Shown here: piece by piece, positions 55,169-64,000 of the stretch
Position numbering within the stretch: position 1 is the stretch's first letter
Layout of the letters: the number at the start of each line of letters is the position of its first letter
Source: an uncultured delta proteobacterium
GTDB lineage: Bacteria; Myxococcota; Myxococcia; SLRQ01
DNA: 64,000 nucleotides
Assembly: GCA_963727485.1 (NCBI GenBank)
Contig: CAVSGM010000011.1
Span: 256,001 to 320,000, forward strand
Direction: 5' to 3'
Program-made: the position numbers and the translations under genes
Notes under the pieces: generated by a model
Told to the model about the DNA's origin: nothing
The model's database searches: none
What the model saw: the letters and a program-made list of their open reading frames with translations, nothing else

Positions 55169-55806
55169 TGCTCGGGCGGCTCCAGGCCGAGATCGAGGCC
55201 ATCTACCGCCTCGAGATTCCCTACCGGGTCGAGGACTTCGTCATCGACGCCGACACCCGGGCCCGCCTCCACCCCGACGCCACCGCCCCCGAGGAGGTGT
55301 TGGTGGTGGAGGACGAAGGCGAGCTGTCGCTGGCGGTCTACATCGACCCCACCGTCCTCGCCCGCCTCGACCGCCACGACCCCGACGACCCCGAGCCCAC
55401 CGTCCTCGAGGCCGGGCTCCCGGCCTTCGCCACCGCCCTCGAGGGGGTGAGCCACTTCGTCTACCTCGCCCACTGCGCCGGCCGGGACCGGGAGGTGAGC
55501 CTCCTCGAGCTCGAGGCCCAGGCGGAGGTGGACAAGTTCGTCACCGGGCTCCTCCACCTCTGGCGCCGGGGCCGCAAGGGCGACGCCACGGTCCTGCGCC
55601 ACCGCCTCTTCGACGCGGTGGGCTACCGGGACGACCTCGCCGACGACGCCCTCGACCGCTACCAGGTGGCAAACGCCCGGGCCGGCCGCTACTGCGCCTG
55701 CCTCGAGGACCGGTTCCTCGACGACGGCACCCCCGAGGGGCTGCTCCGGGAGGTGCGCCGGGTCTACCGCCTCGGGGGCCCGGACAAGATGGCCTGCCTC
55801 CACTGA
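55168..55806 (+). CDS. Hypothetical protein, possibly metal-binding
   Basis: TGATG coupling to the upstream gene; LEGVSHF.YL, SLLELEAQAEVDKF, RY..AN..A.RYC. Confidence 0.75.
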   Translation: MLGRLQAEIEAIYRLEIPYRVEDFVIDADTRARLHPDATAPEEVLVVEDEGELSLAVYIDPTVLARLDRHDPDDPEPTVLEAGLPAFATALEGVSHFVYLAHCAGRDREVSLLELEAQAEVDKFVTGLLHLWRRGRKGDATVLRHRLFDAVGYRDDLADDALDRYQVANARAGRYCACLEDRFLDDGTPEGLLREVRRVYRLGGPDKMACLH

Positions 55807-55922
55807 GGGCCCGGGCCGGTGAGGGCGCCGGCGGGCCCCTCAAACGCGTCGGGCCGCCGGCACCCTTCGGTGCGTGGCGGCCCGGGGGGCGCGGCACGGG
55901 GCCGCGGCCGGTGCGCGGAGGC

Positions 55923-56141
55923 CTAGAGGACGCCGGTGCGCCCGGACTCCTCGGGGTCCCGCTCGAAGCGGACCTTGCCGGTGGCGATCTCGCGCAGCGC
56001 CAGGACCGGGGGCTTGTTCTTGGCCTCGGTCAGGGGCCGGGCGCCGGCCATCAGCTGCCGGGCGCGCTTGGCGGCCAGGATGGTGAGCGCGAAGCGGCTG
56101 GGGACCTGCGGGAGGCAGTCTTCGATGGTGACGCGAGCCAT
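55923..56141 (-). CDS. rpoZ: RNA polymerase omega subunit
   Basis: [37 protein letters not shown]. Confidence 0.95.
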   Translation of the reverse strand: MARVTIEDCLPQVPSRFALTILAAKRARQLMAGARPLTEAKNKPPVLALREIATGKVRFERDPEESGRTGVL

Positions 56142-56220
56142 GGGCAACTCCGGTGAAGCGGGAAGGTTGGGATAGATAGTGGATCCGGCGGGGCCGGTCA
56201 ACAAGCCGGTGCCGGGCCCC

Positions 56221-57660
56221 TCACCCCTTGGGCGGCTTCTTCGCCGCGTCCTGGACGTCGCCGGGGGCGGTGGGCAGGGCCTTCACGGTCTTCCCCGCGA
56301 TGACGTAGACGCGGTGGGTGTCGGCCCCGGAGGCGTAGTAGCCCCCAGCCTTCCCCGGGGCGCGCCGGCCCACGTGGAGGACCCCCAGGACCTTCCCCCC
56401 GGTCCCTTCGACCGTGTAGGTCCGCGCCGGCGGCGCCAGCCCGTAGGCCGCGAGGTCCGGGGCGCCGTGGACCGCCCGGGGATCGGGGGCGAAGGCCGTC
56501 GCCCGGAGGTCCATGAGCTGGTAGAGGGCGCTGGCGATCTTCCAGTGGGTGGCCTCGGCCTTCACCGGGGCGGTCAGGGCCCAGACGTCCCTGGCGGAGA
56601 AGCCGGCGTCGGCGCCGGCGGGCTTGTCCTGGAGCACCGCGGTGAACCCGCCGCCGGGTGCCTTCACCGAGAGCTTGCGGGCCGCCCCGCGGTCGAAGTG
56701 GACCACCGTCTTGTAGCGCAGGCCAAAGGGCGTCTGCGCCAGGCGCCCCTCGGTGTCGGTGGGGACCTGGGCCACGCCCTGGACCTGGGTGCCCACGGCG
56801 TACCACCGGGTGATGCCCCCGTCCTTCCGGGAGGCGAGCTTCAGGTCGAGGTGGGTGCCGCCCTCGAGGTCCACGCCCACGGTGACGGCCGGGTGGTCGA
56901 GGCCGAAGCCCGCGGGGGGCCCGTCGGGGAAGGCCACGGCGCGCACCCCGGTGAGGGCGCCGACCAGCTCCTTGACCGTCCCCGGGTCGGCCCGGTCGTC
57001 CACCAGGCCCGTGACCTGCCACCGGCCGCCCTTGCCCCGGGCCAGGCGGTAGTGCTGGTCGGGGAGGGTGACCTCCAGGGCCTCGAGCCTTTGCTGCTGG
57101 AACCGGAGGAGGCGCTTCTCCCGGAGGTCGAAGAGGGACTTGTTCAGGGGGAGCTTGGTGGCGGTGGGCACCAGGCCCACGGGGCCGTCGCCGACCCGGA
57201 CGTAGACCTGGTGGTCGAAGTCGTTCTGCATCCCCATGACCACCGGGTACGACTTCGCGGCGGTGCTCACGGTGATGGCCAGGCTCGGGTGGTCGAGGCC
57301 GTACTTGTGGAGGACCTTCGGGGCCTGCTTCGCCGTGGCCACCGTGGTCTTCAGCTTCGCCTCCCCCAGGCGGTCGACCAGGGTGCGGGCGGTGGCGTCG
57401 TCGGCCTTCACCTGCACCGGGGAGACGATCTCCCAGCCCCCGGCCTGCTTGCGCATCACCACCTTGGGCCCGCCGTGCTTCTGGACGGTGAGGCCGGTGA
57501 CCGTCCCCAGGTGCTGGGGCAGGAGCCGCGCGTCGGCGGCGGTCCTGGCCACCTGGGCCTCATGGGGCCGGTACACCCCGAAGTAGACCCCGGCCCCGAG
57601 CCCGGCGGCGAACCCCGCCAGGACCAGGGTCCCCACCGCCATCCGCGTGCGCTGGCTCAC
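56221..57660 (-). CDS. DUF4340-domain protein
   Basis: N-terminal TM anchor, three repeats with W....P...AD and YGL/FGL..P motifs; last gene of the ABC operon. Confidence 0.75.
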   Translation of the reverse strand: MSQRTRMAVGTLVLAGFAAGLGAGVYFGVYRPHEAQVARTAADARLLPQHLGTVTGLTVQKHGGPKVVMRKQAGGWEIVSPVQVKADDATARTLVDRLGEAKLKTTVATAKQAPKVLHKYGLDHPSLAITVSTAAKSYPVVMGMQNDFDHQVYVRVGDGPVGLVPTATKLPLNKSLFDLREKRLLRFQQQRLEALEVTLPDQHYRLARGKGGRWQVTGLVDDRADPGTVKELVGALTGVRAVAFPDGPPAGFGLDHPAVTVGVDLEGGTHLDLKLASRKDGGITRWYAVGTQVQGVAQVPTDTEGRLAQTPFGLRYKTVVHFDRGAARKLSVKAPGGGFTAVLQDKPAGADAGFSARDVWALTAPVKAEATHWKIASALYQLMDLRATAFAPDPRAVHGAPDLAAYGLAPPARTYTVEGTGGKVLGVLHVGRRAPGKAGGYYASGADTHRVYVIAGKTVKALPTAPGDVQDAAKKPPKG

Positions 57661-59188
57661 CGGTTCCTCCGCACCACCCACACCGCCATCCCCAGGGCCG
57701 CCAGCGTCAGCGGCAACAGGTCGATGGTGAACATCCGGAGGAACATCGCCTGGTTCTCCGAGAGGTAGATGTGGCTGGCGGCGCGCATCTTGGGGCGGAT
57801 GGTCACGTGGTCGCCCTGGGAGGCGAGCCAGTCGAGGGAGTTGAGGAAGAGGTCGGCGTTGCCCAGCTTGGCGGCCCACTGGTGGCCGGCGAAGTCGGCG
57901 TCGCCGAAGACCACCAGCCGCGCCTCCTTGGAGCGGGTGCCGCTGGGGGTCGCCTTGGTGGTCGAGAGCATCAGGGCCAGCGGCCCGCGCTTCTCGCCGT
58001 CGTCGGCCTTGTAGGGCGGGTGCTTGTAGTCGGTCTCGCCCCAGGCGCTCTCGCCGGTGAGGGCCACCACCGTCGGCGGCTTGACGCCCTTGAGGTGGAG
58101 GGCGGTGAGCGACCGCGCGGTGGGGAAGAGGGTGGCGAGGTCGAAGCCCTTGGTGATCGGCGTCTTGGCGTACTGGCGCACCAGGGGCACCGCCGGCCCG
58201 GTGCCCAGGAGCTGCCCCAGGCGGTTGTCGTCGAGGACCAGGTCGTCGTCGGCCTGGACCCCGTAGCCCTCGAGGAGGGTGTCGAGCCCTGCGTCCACCC
58301 CGGGATTGAGCATCACCAGAAGGCGCCCCCCGCCCGCGAGGTAGGCCTCGAGCTCGGCGACCTCGGGGGCGAGGAAGGGCTTCTGGGGCCCGGCGACGAC
58401 CACCGCCGCGGCGTCGGCGGGGACGTGCTTGACGTCGACCAGGTTCACCTTCGCGGCGTCGAGGCCCTCGTTGTCCATGGCGACCTTGATGAGGTCGAGA
58501 CCCCGGGGGCTGTGGCTGTCCTGGTAGTCCTCCTCGCCGTGGCCGGTGGTGAAGTAGATTTCTTGGCGGCGCCGCGGGTGAGCTTGAGCAGCGCGTTGGT
58601 GACCCCCTGCTCGTCGAGCTCGGTGATCTTCTCGGACTTCCCGCCCATCACCGCCACCACCCGGTTGCCGTAGAGGTTCACCTTGTACTGCTTGACCAGA
58701 AGCGGCTCCTTGTCCGGGTCCACCGACTCGAGCTTGAGCTTCTGGGTGTGGTCCTGGTACCGGGCCACGAGGTCCTTGAGGCCCTGGAACTCGCTGGCGC
58801 CGCCCCGGTAGAAGGCGAGGATCTTCACCGGCTGCTTCAGGCCCTCGGCGACCTTCACCGACTGGGGGGCGAGGGTGAAGAGCCGGGCCTGGGTGAGGTC
58901 CTTGGTCCAGCCGCTCTCGTTGGCCACCCAGTCGCCGGTGACCACCAGGCCCACCACGATCACCGTGGCCAGGGTGCTGAAGGCGATGAAGAAGGTCCCG
59001 CGTCCGGTGGCGAGGCGCCCCAGGCCGTCGAGGTTGGTGAAGCCGAAGAAGGCGATCATCGCCACGCCCACCACCACCTGGGTGGTGAACAGCCAGTTCC
59101 AGCCCCCGCCGACCCCGAAGTAGACCAGGGGGATGGGGACCAGGAGGACGAGGCCGATGGCGCCGAGAACGCGTCCGAGGGTCTTCAT
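57657..59188 (-). CDS. GldG-like ABC transporter auxiliary component; frameshift ~58560
   Basis: DLT..RLFTLAPQS, VDPD, EQGVTNAL; shifted frame gives IYFTTGHGE, AGPQK, YLAGGG, VVFGDADF, N.DLFLNSLDWL. Confidence 0.82.
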
Positions 59189-59204
59189 GTGTCGATCCCG
59201 GGTG

Positions 59205-60002
59205 TCAGGCGGTCCAGCGCTGGCCTTCCACCGCCCGGTGGGCGAGGAAGAGGCCGAGGACCAGGAACGAGAGGTAGTAGGCGACGTCCTTGAGGTTGAG
59301 CAGGCCCCGGGCGAAGGACACCAGGTGCTGGAGCATGCTCATCCAGGTCATCACCGCCCGGGCGGTGCCGTGGAGGTCCTGGGCCTTCCAGCCCACCACC
59401 CAGAACATCAGGCCGATGACCGCGGTGATGAGCCCGGCGACCATGGCGTTCTCGGTGAGGCTGCTGACGAAGAGCCCCACGGCGAGGAAGCCGGCGCCGA
59501 GCAGCGCCAGGCCGAGGTAGCCGCTGAGGACGGTGGGCCACTCCACCGCGCTCCCGCTGGCGCTCTGGCCGAAGACCGAGAGGAGCAGGGGGTAGCCCAG
59601 CGTCAGGCCCAGGGCCACCACCAGCATCGTCACCGCGGCGAGGTACTTGCCGAAGACGATCTCCACCGGGCGGATGGGGGTGGTGAGCAGCAGCTCCATG
59701 GTGCTCTGGCGCTTCTCCTCGGCGATGAGCCGCATGGAGAGGAACGGCACCACGATGAGGATGAGCACGATGGCCAGGTTCATCACCAGGGGCGTCATCA
59801 CCATGTCGGTGAGGTTCATGTGCGCCGCGAGCTGCGGGCGGTTCATGGTCATCGCCTGGAGGGCGCGGCGCTGGAAGGCGCCGACCATGGAGAGGAACAT
59901 CCACGAGCCCAGGAGGGTGAACATCGCCAGCCCCACGTAGGCGAAGGGCGTGGTGAAGTAGACCGTGAGCTCCTTGCGGGCGATCGCCAGGGTGTTGCGC
60001 AT
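59205..60002 (-). CDS. ABC-2 type permease (GldF-like)
   Basis: IARKEL..YFTTP.AY, MRLIAEEKRQ.T.ELLLT.P, GKYLA. Confidence 0.9.
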   Translation of the reverse strand: MRNTLAIARKELTVYFTTPFAYVGLAMFTLLGSWMFLSMVGAFQRRALQAMTMNRPQLAAHMNLTDMVMTPLVMNLAIVLILIVVPFLSMRLIAEEKRQSTMELLLTTPIRPVEIVFGKYLAAVTMLVVALGLTLGYPLLLSVFGQSASGSAVEWPTVLSGYLGLALLGAGFLAVGLFVSSLTENAMVAGLITAVIGLMFWVVGWKAQDLHGTARAVMTWMSMLQHLVSFARGLLNLKDVAYYLSFLVLGLFLAHRAVEGQRWTA

Positions 60003-60012
60003 GGGGGGTCCT

Positions 60013-60738
60013 TCAGGCGGCGATGAGCTTGAGGAAGATCTCTTCCAGGGTGACCTCGCGCTCGGGCCGCTTGTGGGCCTCGGCGAGGGACTTCAGGTCG
60101 TCGAAGGCGACCATCTTCCCCTGGTTCACGATGAGCACCTTCTGGCAGACCATCGCCACCTCCGCGAGGATGTGGGTGGAGAGGATCACCGTGTGGTCCC
60201 CGCCCAGCGACTTGATCAGCTCCCGGACCTCGATGATCTGAGAGGGGTCGAGGCCCACGGTGGGCTCGTCGAGGATGAGGACCTTGGGCGAGCCGAGGAG
60301 GGCCTGGGCCAGCCCCACGCGCTGCTTGTAGCCCTTGGAGAGGTTGCCGATGCGCCGGCGGAGCACGTCGGTGATGCCGGTGCGCTCGGCGGCGGACGCG
60401 ATCTCCTCGCGCAGCTGCTTGCGCCGCACGCCCTTCACCGAGGCCACGAAGCGCAGGTACTCCCGGGCGGTGAGGTCGGCGTAGACCGGCGGCTGCTCCG
60501 GCAGGTAGCCGATGCGGCGCTTCACCTCCAGGGGCGACTCGAAGACGTCGAAGCCGTCGACCTTCACCGTGCCCTCGGTGGAGGGCATGTAGCCGGTGAT
60601 CATCCGCATGGTGGTGGACTTGCCGGCGCCGTTGGGGCCCAGGAAGCCGAGGATCTGGCCCGGCTCCACCGAGAAGGTCAGGTCGTCGACCGCGACGAGG
60701 TCGCGGTAGCGCTTGGTCAGGTGCAGGGCCTCAATCAA
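60013..60738 (-). CDS. ABC transporter ATP-binding protein (GldA-like)
   Basis: GGAGG then TTG 60738; GPNGAGKST, LSKGYKQR, LILDEPT, STHIL. Confidence 0.93.
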   Translation of the reverse strand: MIEALHLTKRYRDLVAVDDLTFSVEPGQILGFLGPNGAGKSTTMRMITGYMPSTEGTVKVDGFDVFESPLEVKRRIGYLPEQPPVYADLTAREYLRFVASVKGVRRKQLREEIASAAERTGITDVLRRRIGNLSKGYKQRVGLAQALLGSPKVLILDEPTVGLDPSQIIEVRELIKSLGGDHTVILSTHILAEVAMVCQKVLIVNQGKMVAFDDLKSLAEAHKRPEREVTLEEIFLKLIAA

Positions 60739-60880
60739 GAGCGTCCTCCAGTCCCCATATGCGAGTGGAAAACCGGCGAGAGCGGGGGATTTTCGGGCCG
60801 CGACCCTAGCGCCGGCGCCCCGACTGTCAAGGCGTTCGCAACGTCGCCACAACGACGAAGGAAGGCGGTATGTTCCCAAG

Positions 60881-62519
60881 GTGGATGGTGCCCTGCCGCT
60901 GCCCGTGCTGCTCGGGGATCTCGCCGCCGAAGGCGCCACCGGAGAGCTGCGCGTGGTCGCCGGCGAGACCGAGCGGTCCCTCTTCCTTAGAGAGGGCGTG
61001 CTGGTGCAGGCCCGGTCCCGGGTCGCCGACGAGACCCTGGGGCGGCTGCTGGTCGACCAGGGGTGGATCGGGGCCGACGACCTCACCACCGCCCTGGAGC
61101 AGGTCGCCGAGGGGCGGCAGCTCGGGGAGGTGCTCATCTCCTCCGGGCTCCTCGACGCCTCCGAGGTGGTGGAGGCGCTCACCGAGCAGGTGCGGGTCCG
61201 CTTCCTCGCCTGCATGCGCCTGCGCACCTTCGAGGCGCGCTTCGACGCCGGCGTCGCGCCGCCCACCCACTTCCAGGTGAAGCTCTCGATCCCCGACCTG
61301 GTGATGCAGGCGGTGGCCCAGGTGTTCGCGGTGGAGCGGGTGATCCACGAGCTGGGCCTCGACGAGCACACCCGGGTCCGCCTCGCCGACCCTCCGCCGC
61401 CGGTGGCGTCGCGGCTGGCCCTGGGGACCCGGGAGGCCCGGGTGGTACGGCGCATCGGCCAGGGCGTGGCCCTCGAGGACCTCGTCCGCGAGGCCGACGT
61501 CTCCTACCTCCATCTCCTGCGGATGATCTACGGGCTCTGGGCCCTGCGCCAGGTGGTGGTGGAGGCCGAGGTCGCGCCGGGGCCGGGCGGCGAGGCCCCA
61601 GGCGACGCCGGCGGGCCCGCGGCCGAGCCCCCGGAGTCCCCGGTGGCCCTCGACGTCACCGACCCCGAGGACCCGGCGCGGGTGGCCCGGCGCCGGCGGC
61701 TCCTGGAGCGGTTCAAGAAGGTCTCCCGGGAGCCGACCCCGACGCCCCTGCCCCGGGACCCGGCGCCGGCGCGGCGGGCCCGGGGCACCGGCGACGCGGT
61801 GCAGGACGAGGTCCTGCGCACCTGGCTGGCCCTGGGCCGCACCAGCTACTTCGACCTCCTCGGGGTACGGCGCACCGCCGGCCCCTCGGACGTGAAGATC
61901 GGCTACGGGGGGCTCTTGCGCCGGCTCTCGCTGGAGGCGCCCCCGGAGCGCTGGCCCGAGAAGGTCCGCACCGCGGCCGCGGGGGTCCTCGACCGCGCCG
62001 CCGAGGCCTACGCCGTCCTCTCCAACCCCGAGACCCGGAAGGCCTACCTGGCCCAGCTCGACGCCGGCGGCCCCCGGCAGGTGGTGGACAAGGATCCGCT
62101 CCTGGTCGCGGGCATCGCCTTCCACCGGGCCGATCGCCTCCGGGCCCGGGGGCAGCACGCCGAGGCCGCCCAGGTGCTCCGCGCCGCCGCCGACAGCCTC
62201 GCCGAATCCGATCCCGGGGCTCTCCCTGGCCCTGGGCGTGACCCTCTACGAGTGGACGCTCGAGGGCGGGCGGATGGAGGACGAGGCGGCGCGTCGCCTC
62301 GCCGACGCGGTCCGCCTCGACCCGGCCCTCGACGAGGCCTGGCTCTACCTGGGCCGCCTCGCCCGGCACCAGAAGCAGCCCGAGCTGGCCCGGCGGATGT
62401 TCGTCAAGGCGATCCTCGCCAACCGCCAGAGCTCGGCGGTGCAGGAGCTGAAGAACCTCGAGGCGACCCGGGGCGGCCGTTCCGGCCTCCTCGACCGCCT
62501 CTTCGGCAAGGGGAAGTAG
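60881..62519 (+). CDS. DUF4388-like + degenerate J-domain + TPR-like protein; frameshift ~62205-62220, start uncertain
   Basis: TGEL.V...ER.LFLREG, LGRLLVDQG.I, LGEVLISSG; SYFDLLGV...AY.VLSNP..R.AY; shifted frame gives AVRLDP..EAWLYLG..A..MF.KA. Confidence 0.7.
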
Positions 62520-62522
62520 CCG

Positions 62523-63731
62523 GTGGCCGCGCCCATCGTGGTGCAGAAGTACGGCGGGTCCTCGGTGGCCGACGTGGCGCGGATCCGCAAGGTGGCCGAG
62601 CGGGTCGCGGGCACCGTCGCCGCCGGGCACCGGGTGGTGGTGGTGGTCAGCGCCATGGGCCACACCACCGACGAGCTCTTGGCGCTGGCCGCCGAGGTCA
62701 GCGCCCACCCGCCGCGCCGGGAGCTCGACATGCTCCTCACCGCCGGCGAGCGCATCACCATGGCGCTGCTCTCCATGGCCCTCCACGATCTGGGGATCGA
62801 GGCCATCAGCTTCACCGGCTCCCAGAGCGGGATCATCACCAACGACGCCCACGCCGGGGCGAAGATCATCGAGGTTCGCCCCTACCGCATCGAGGACGAG
62901 CTGGCGCGCGGGCGGGTGGTGATCGTCGCCGGCTACCAGGGGGTGAGCTACCGGCGCGAGGTCACCACCCTGGGGCGCGGGGGTTCGGACACCACCGCGG
63001 TGGCCCTGGCGGCGGCGCTCGGCGCCGAGCACTGCGAGATCTGCTCCGACGTCGACGGGGTGATGACCGGCGATCCCCGCGTGGTCGACGACCCGGCGCG
63101 GCTGGCGGCCATCACCCCCGAGGAGATGCTGGCCCTGGCCGAGGGCGGGGCGCGGGTCCTGGCGTCCACCGCGGTGGCCTACGCCCGGCAGCAGGGGATC
63201 ACCATCTGGGCCCGGGCCACCGCGAGCGCCGCCGGGGCGGGCGAGGACGGGACCCGGGTGCGCGTCGCCGGCCCCGAGGCGCAACCGGCGGTGCGCGCGT
63301 TGGCCCGGCGGGGCGTGTGCCTGGTCCGGGCCGGGGCCGCCTCGGCCGAGGCGGTGGTCGCCCTCGAGGCGGCGCTCGCGGCCGCCGGGGCGCCGGCGAC
63401 CTGGGTCTCCTGGGCGGGGGGCGGTCACCCGGCGGTGGCCCTGGTGCCCCTCGAGGATCTCCACGACCGGGCCGCCTTCGAGGCCGCCGCCCGCGCCGCC
63501 GGCGCCGACGCGGTGACCTTCGGCCTCGACGCGGTGACCGCCGTGGGGGTCGGCCTCGACACCGACCCCGGGGCCGCCCGGGGGCTCCTCGACGCCTGCG
63601 CCGCCGCCGGCGCCGAGGTGCGCCACCTGGAGCGCACCAGCCTCCGGGTCACGGCGGTGGTCGACGCGGCGAAGGGCCCCGAGGTCGAGCGCGCCGCCCA
63701 CGCGGCCCTCCTCGGCCCCGCCCGCGCCTGA
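62523..63731 (+). CDS. lysC: Aspartate kinase
   Basis: [56 protein letters not shown]. Confidence 0.93.
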   Translation: MAAPIVVQKYGGSSVADVARIRKVAERVAGTVAAGHRVVVVVSAMGHTTDELLALAAEVSAHPPRRELDMLLTAGERITMALLSMALHDLGIEAISFTGSQSGIITNDAHAGAKIIEVRPYRIEDELARGRVVIVAGYQGVSYRREVTTLGRGGSDTTAVALAAALGAEHCEICSDVDGVMTGDPRVVDDPARLAAITPEEMLALAEGGARVLASTAVAYARQQGITIWARATASAAGAGEDGTRVRVAGPEAQPAVRALARRGVCLVRAGAASAEAVVALEAALAAAGAPATWVSWAGGGHPAVALVPLEDLHDRAAFEAAARAAGADAVTFGLDAVTAVGVGLDTDPGAARGLLDACAAAGAEVRHLERTSLRVTAVVDAAKGPEVERAAHAALLGPARA

Positions 63732-63783
63732 TCCCCCGGGCCCACCCTCGCCAAAGGGCGCGCCCCGGGCTAGGTTCCGCCCC

Positions 63784-64000
63784 GTGACCGAGGCCGCGCC
63801 GACAACCCGGGTCCTGGTGGTGGACGACGAGCAGTCCATCCGCTTCGTCCTCGCCCGCGCCCTGGCGCCGGCGGGCTTCGAGGTGGACGAGGCCGGGACC
63901 CTCGCCGAGGCCCGGGCGCGCCTCGAGGCGGCGGACCACGCCCTGGTCTTCCTCGACGTGCGCCTCCCCGACGGCAGCGGCCTCGACTTCGTGGCCGAGC
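63784..64000 (+). CDS. Response regulator receiver domain, 3'-truncated by window edge
   Basis: GTG 63784: ...RVLVVDDEQSIRFVLARAL..AGFEV....LVFLDVRLPDGSGLDF. Confidence 0.88.
   Translation, partial: MTEAAPTTRVLVVDDEQSIRFVLARALAPAGFEVDEAGTLAEARARLEAADHALVFLDVRLPDGSGLDFVAE

Overview
Very GC-rich bacterial chromosomal window, most likely Myxococcota/deltaproteobacterial (inferred from the Cys-rich lipoprotein, a DUF4388/J-like/TPR protein and the gene order). Most of it is housekeeping: moaDE, a heterodimeric ABC exporter, maeB, uvrA, hisDCBHA-hisF/I-hisE, rpsU-dnaG-rpoD, tRNA(CAU), Zn-ribbon/rnhA/rnpB, groES-groEL with a perfect CIRCE box, rpoZ, a GldA/F/G-like ABC system and aspartate kinase. 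The main candidate for an undescribed system is a ~10 kb pair of convergent operons (22.0-32.0 kb). It combines a polyprenol-type glycosylation set (GT2, UPF0104 flippase-like, GT-C) and amino-sugar enzymes (SDR, DegT, cytidylyltransferase-PfkB fusion) with a fused ComA-ComB sulfolactate enzyme and an ATP-grasp ligase. This suggests, by inference only, a sulfonate-bearing surface glycan. Also notable are three 110-bp tandem repeats that each copy the tRNA 3' end, and a promoter-hairpin-terminator sRNA/attenuator candidate at 47.4 kb. Several single-base frameshifts, including one in groES, look like assembly errors, and many sit at GATC sites. All family calls come from motif recognition by eye; no database searches were run.
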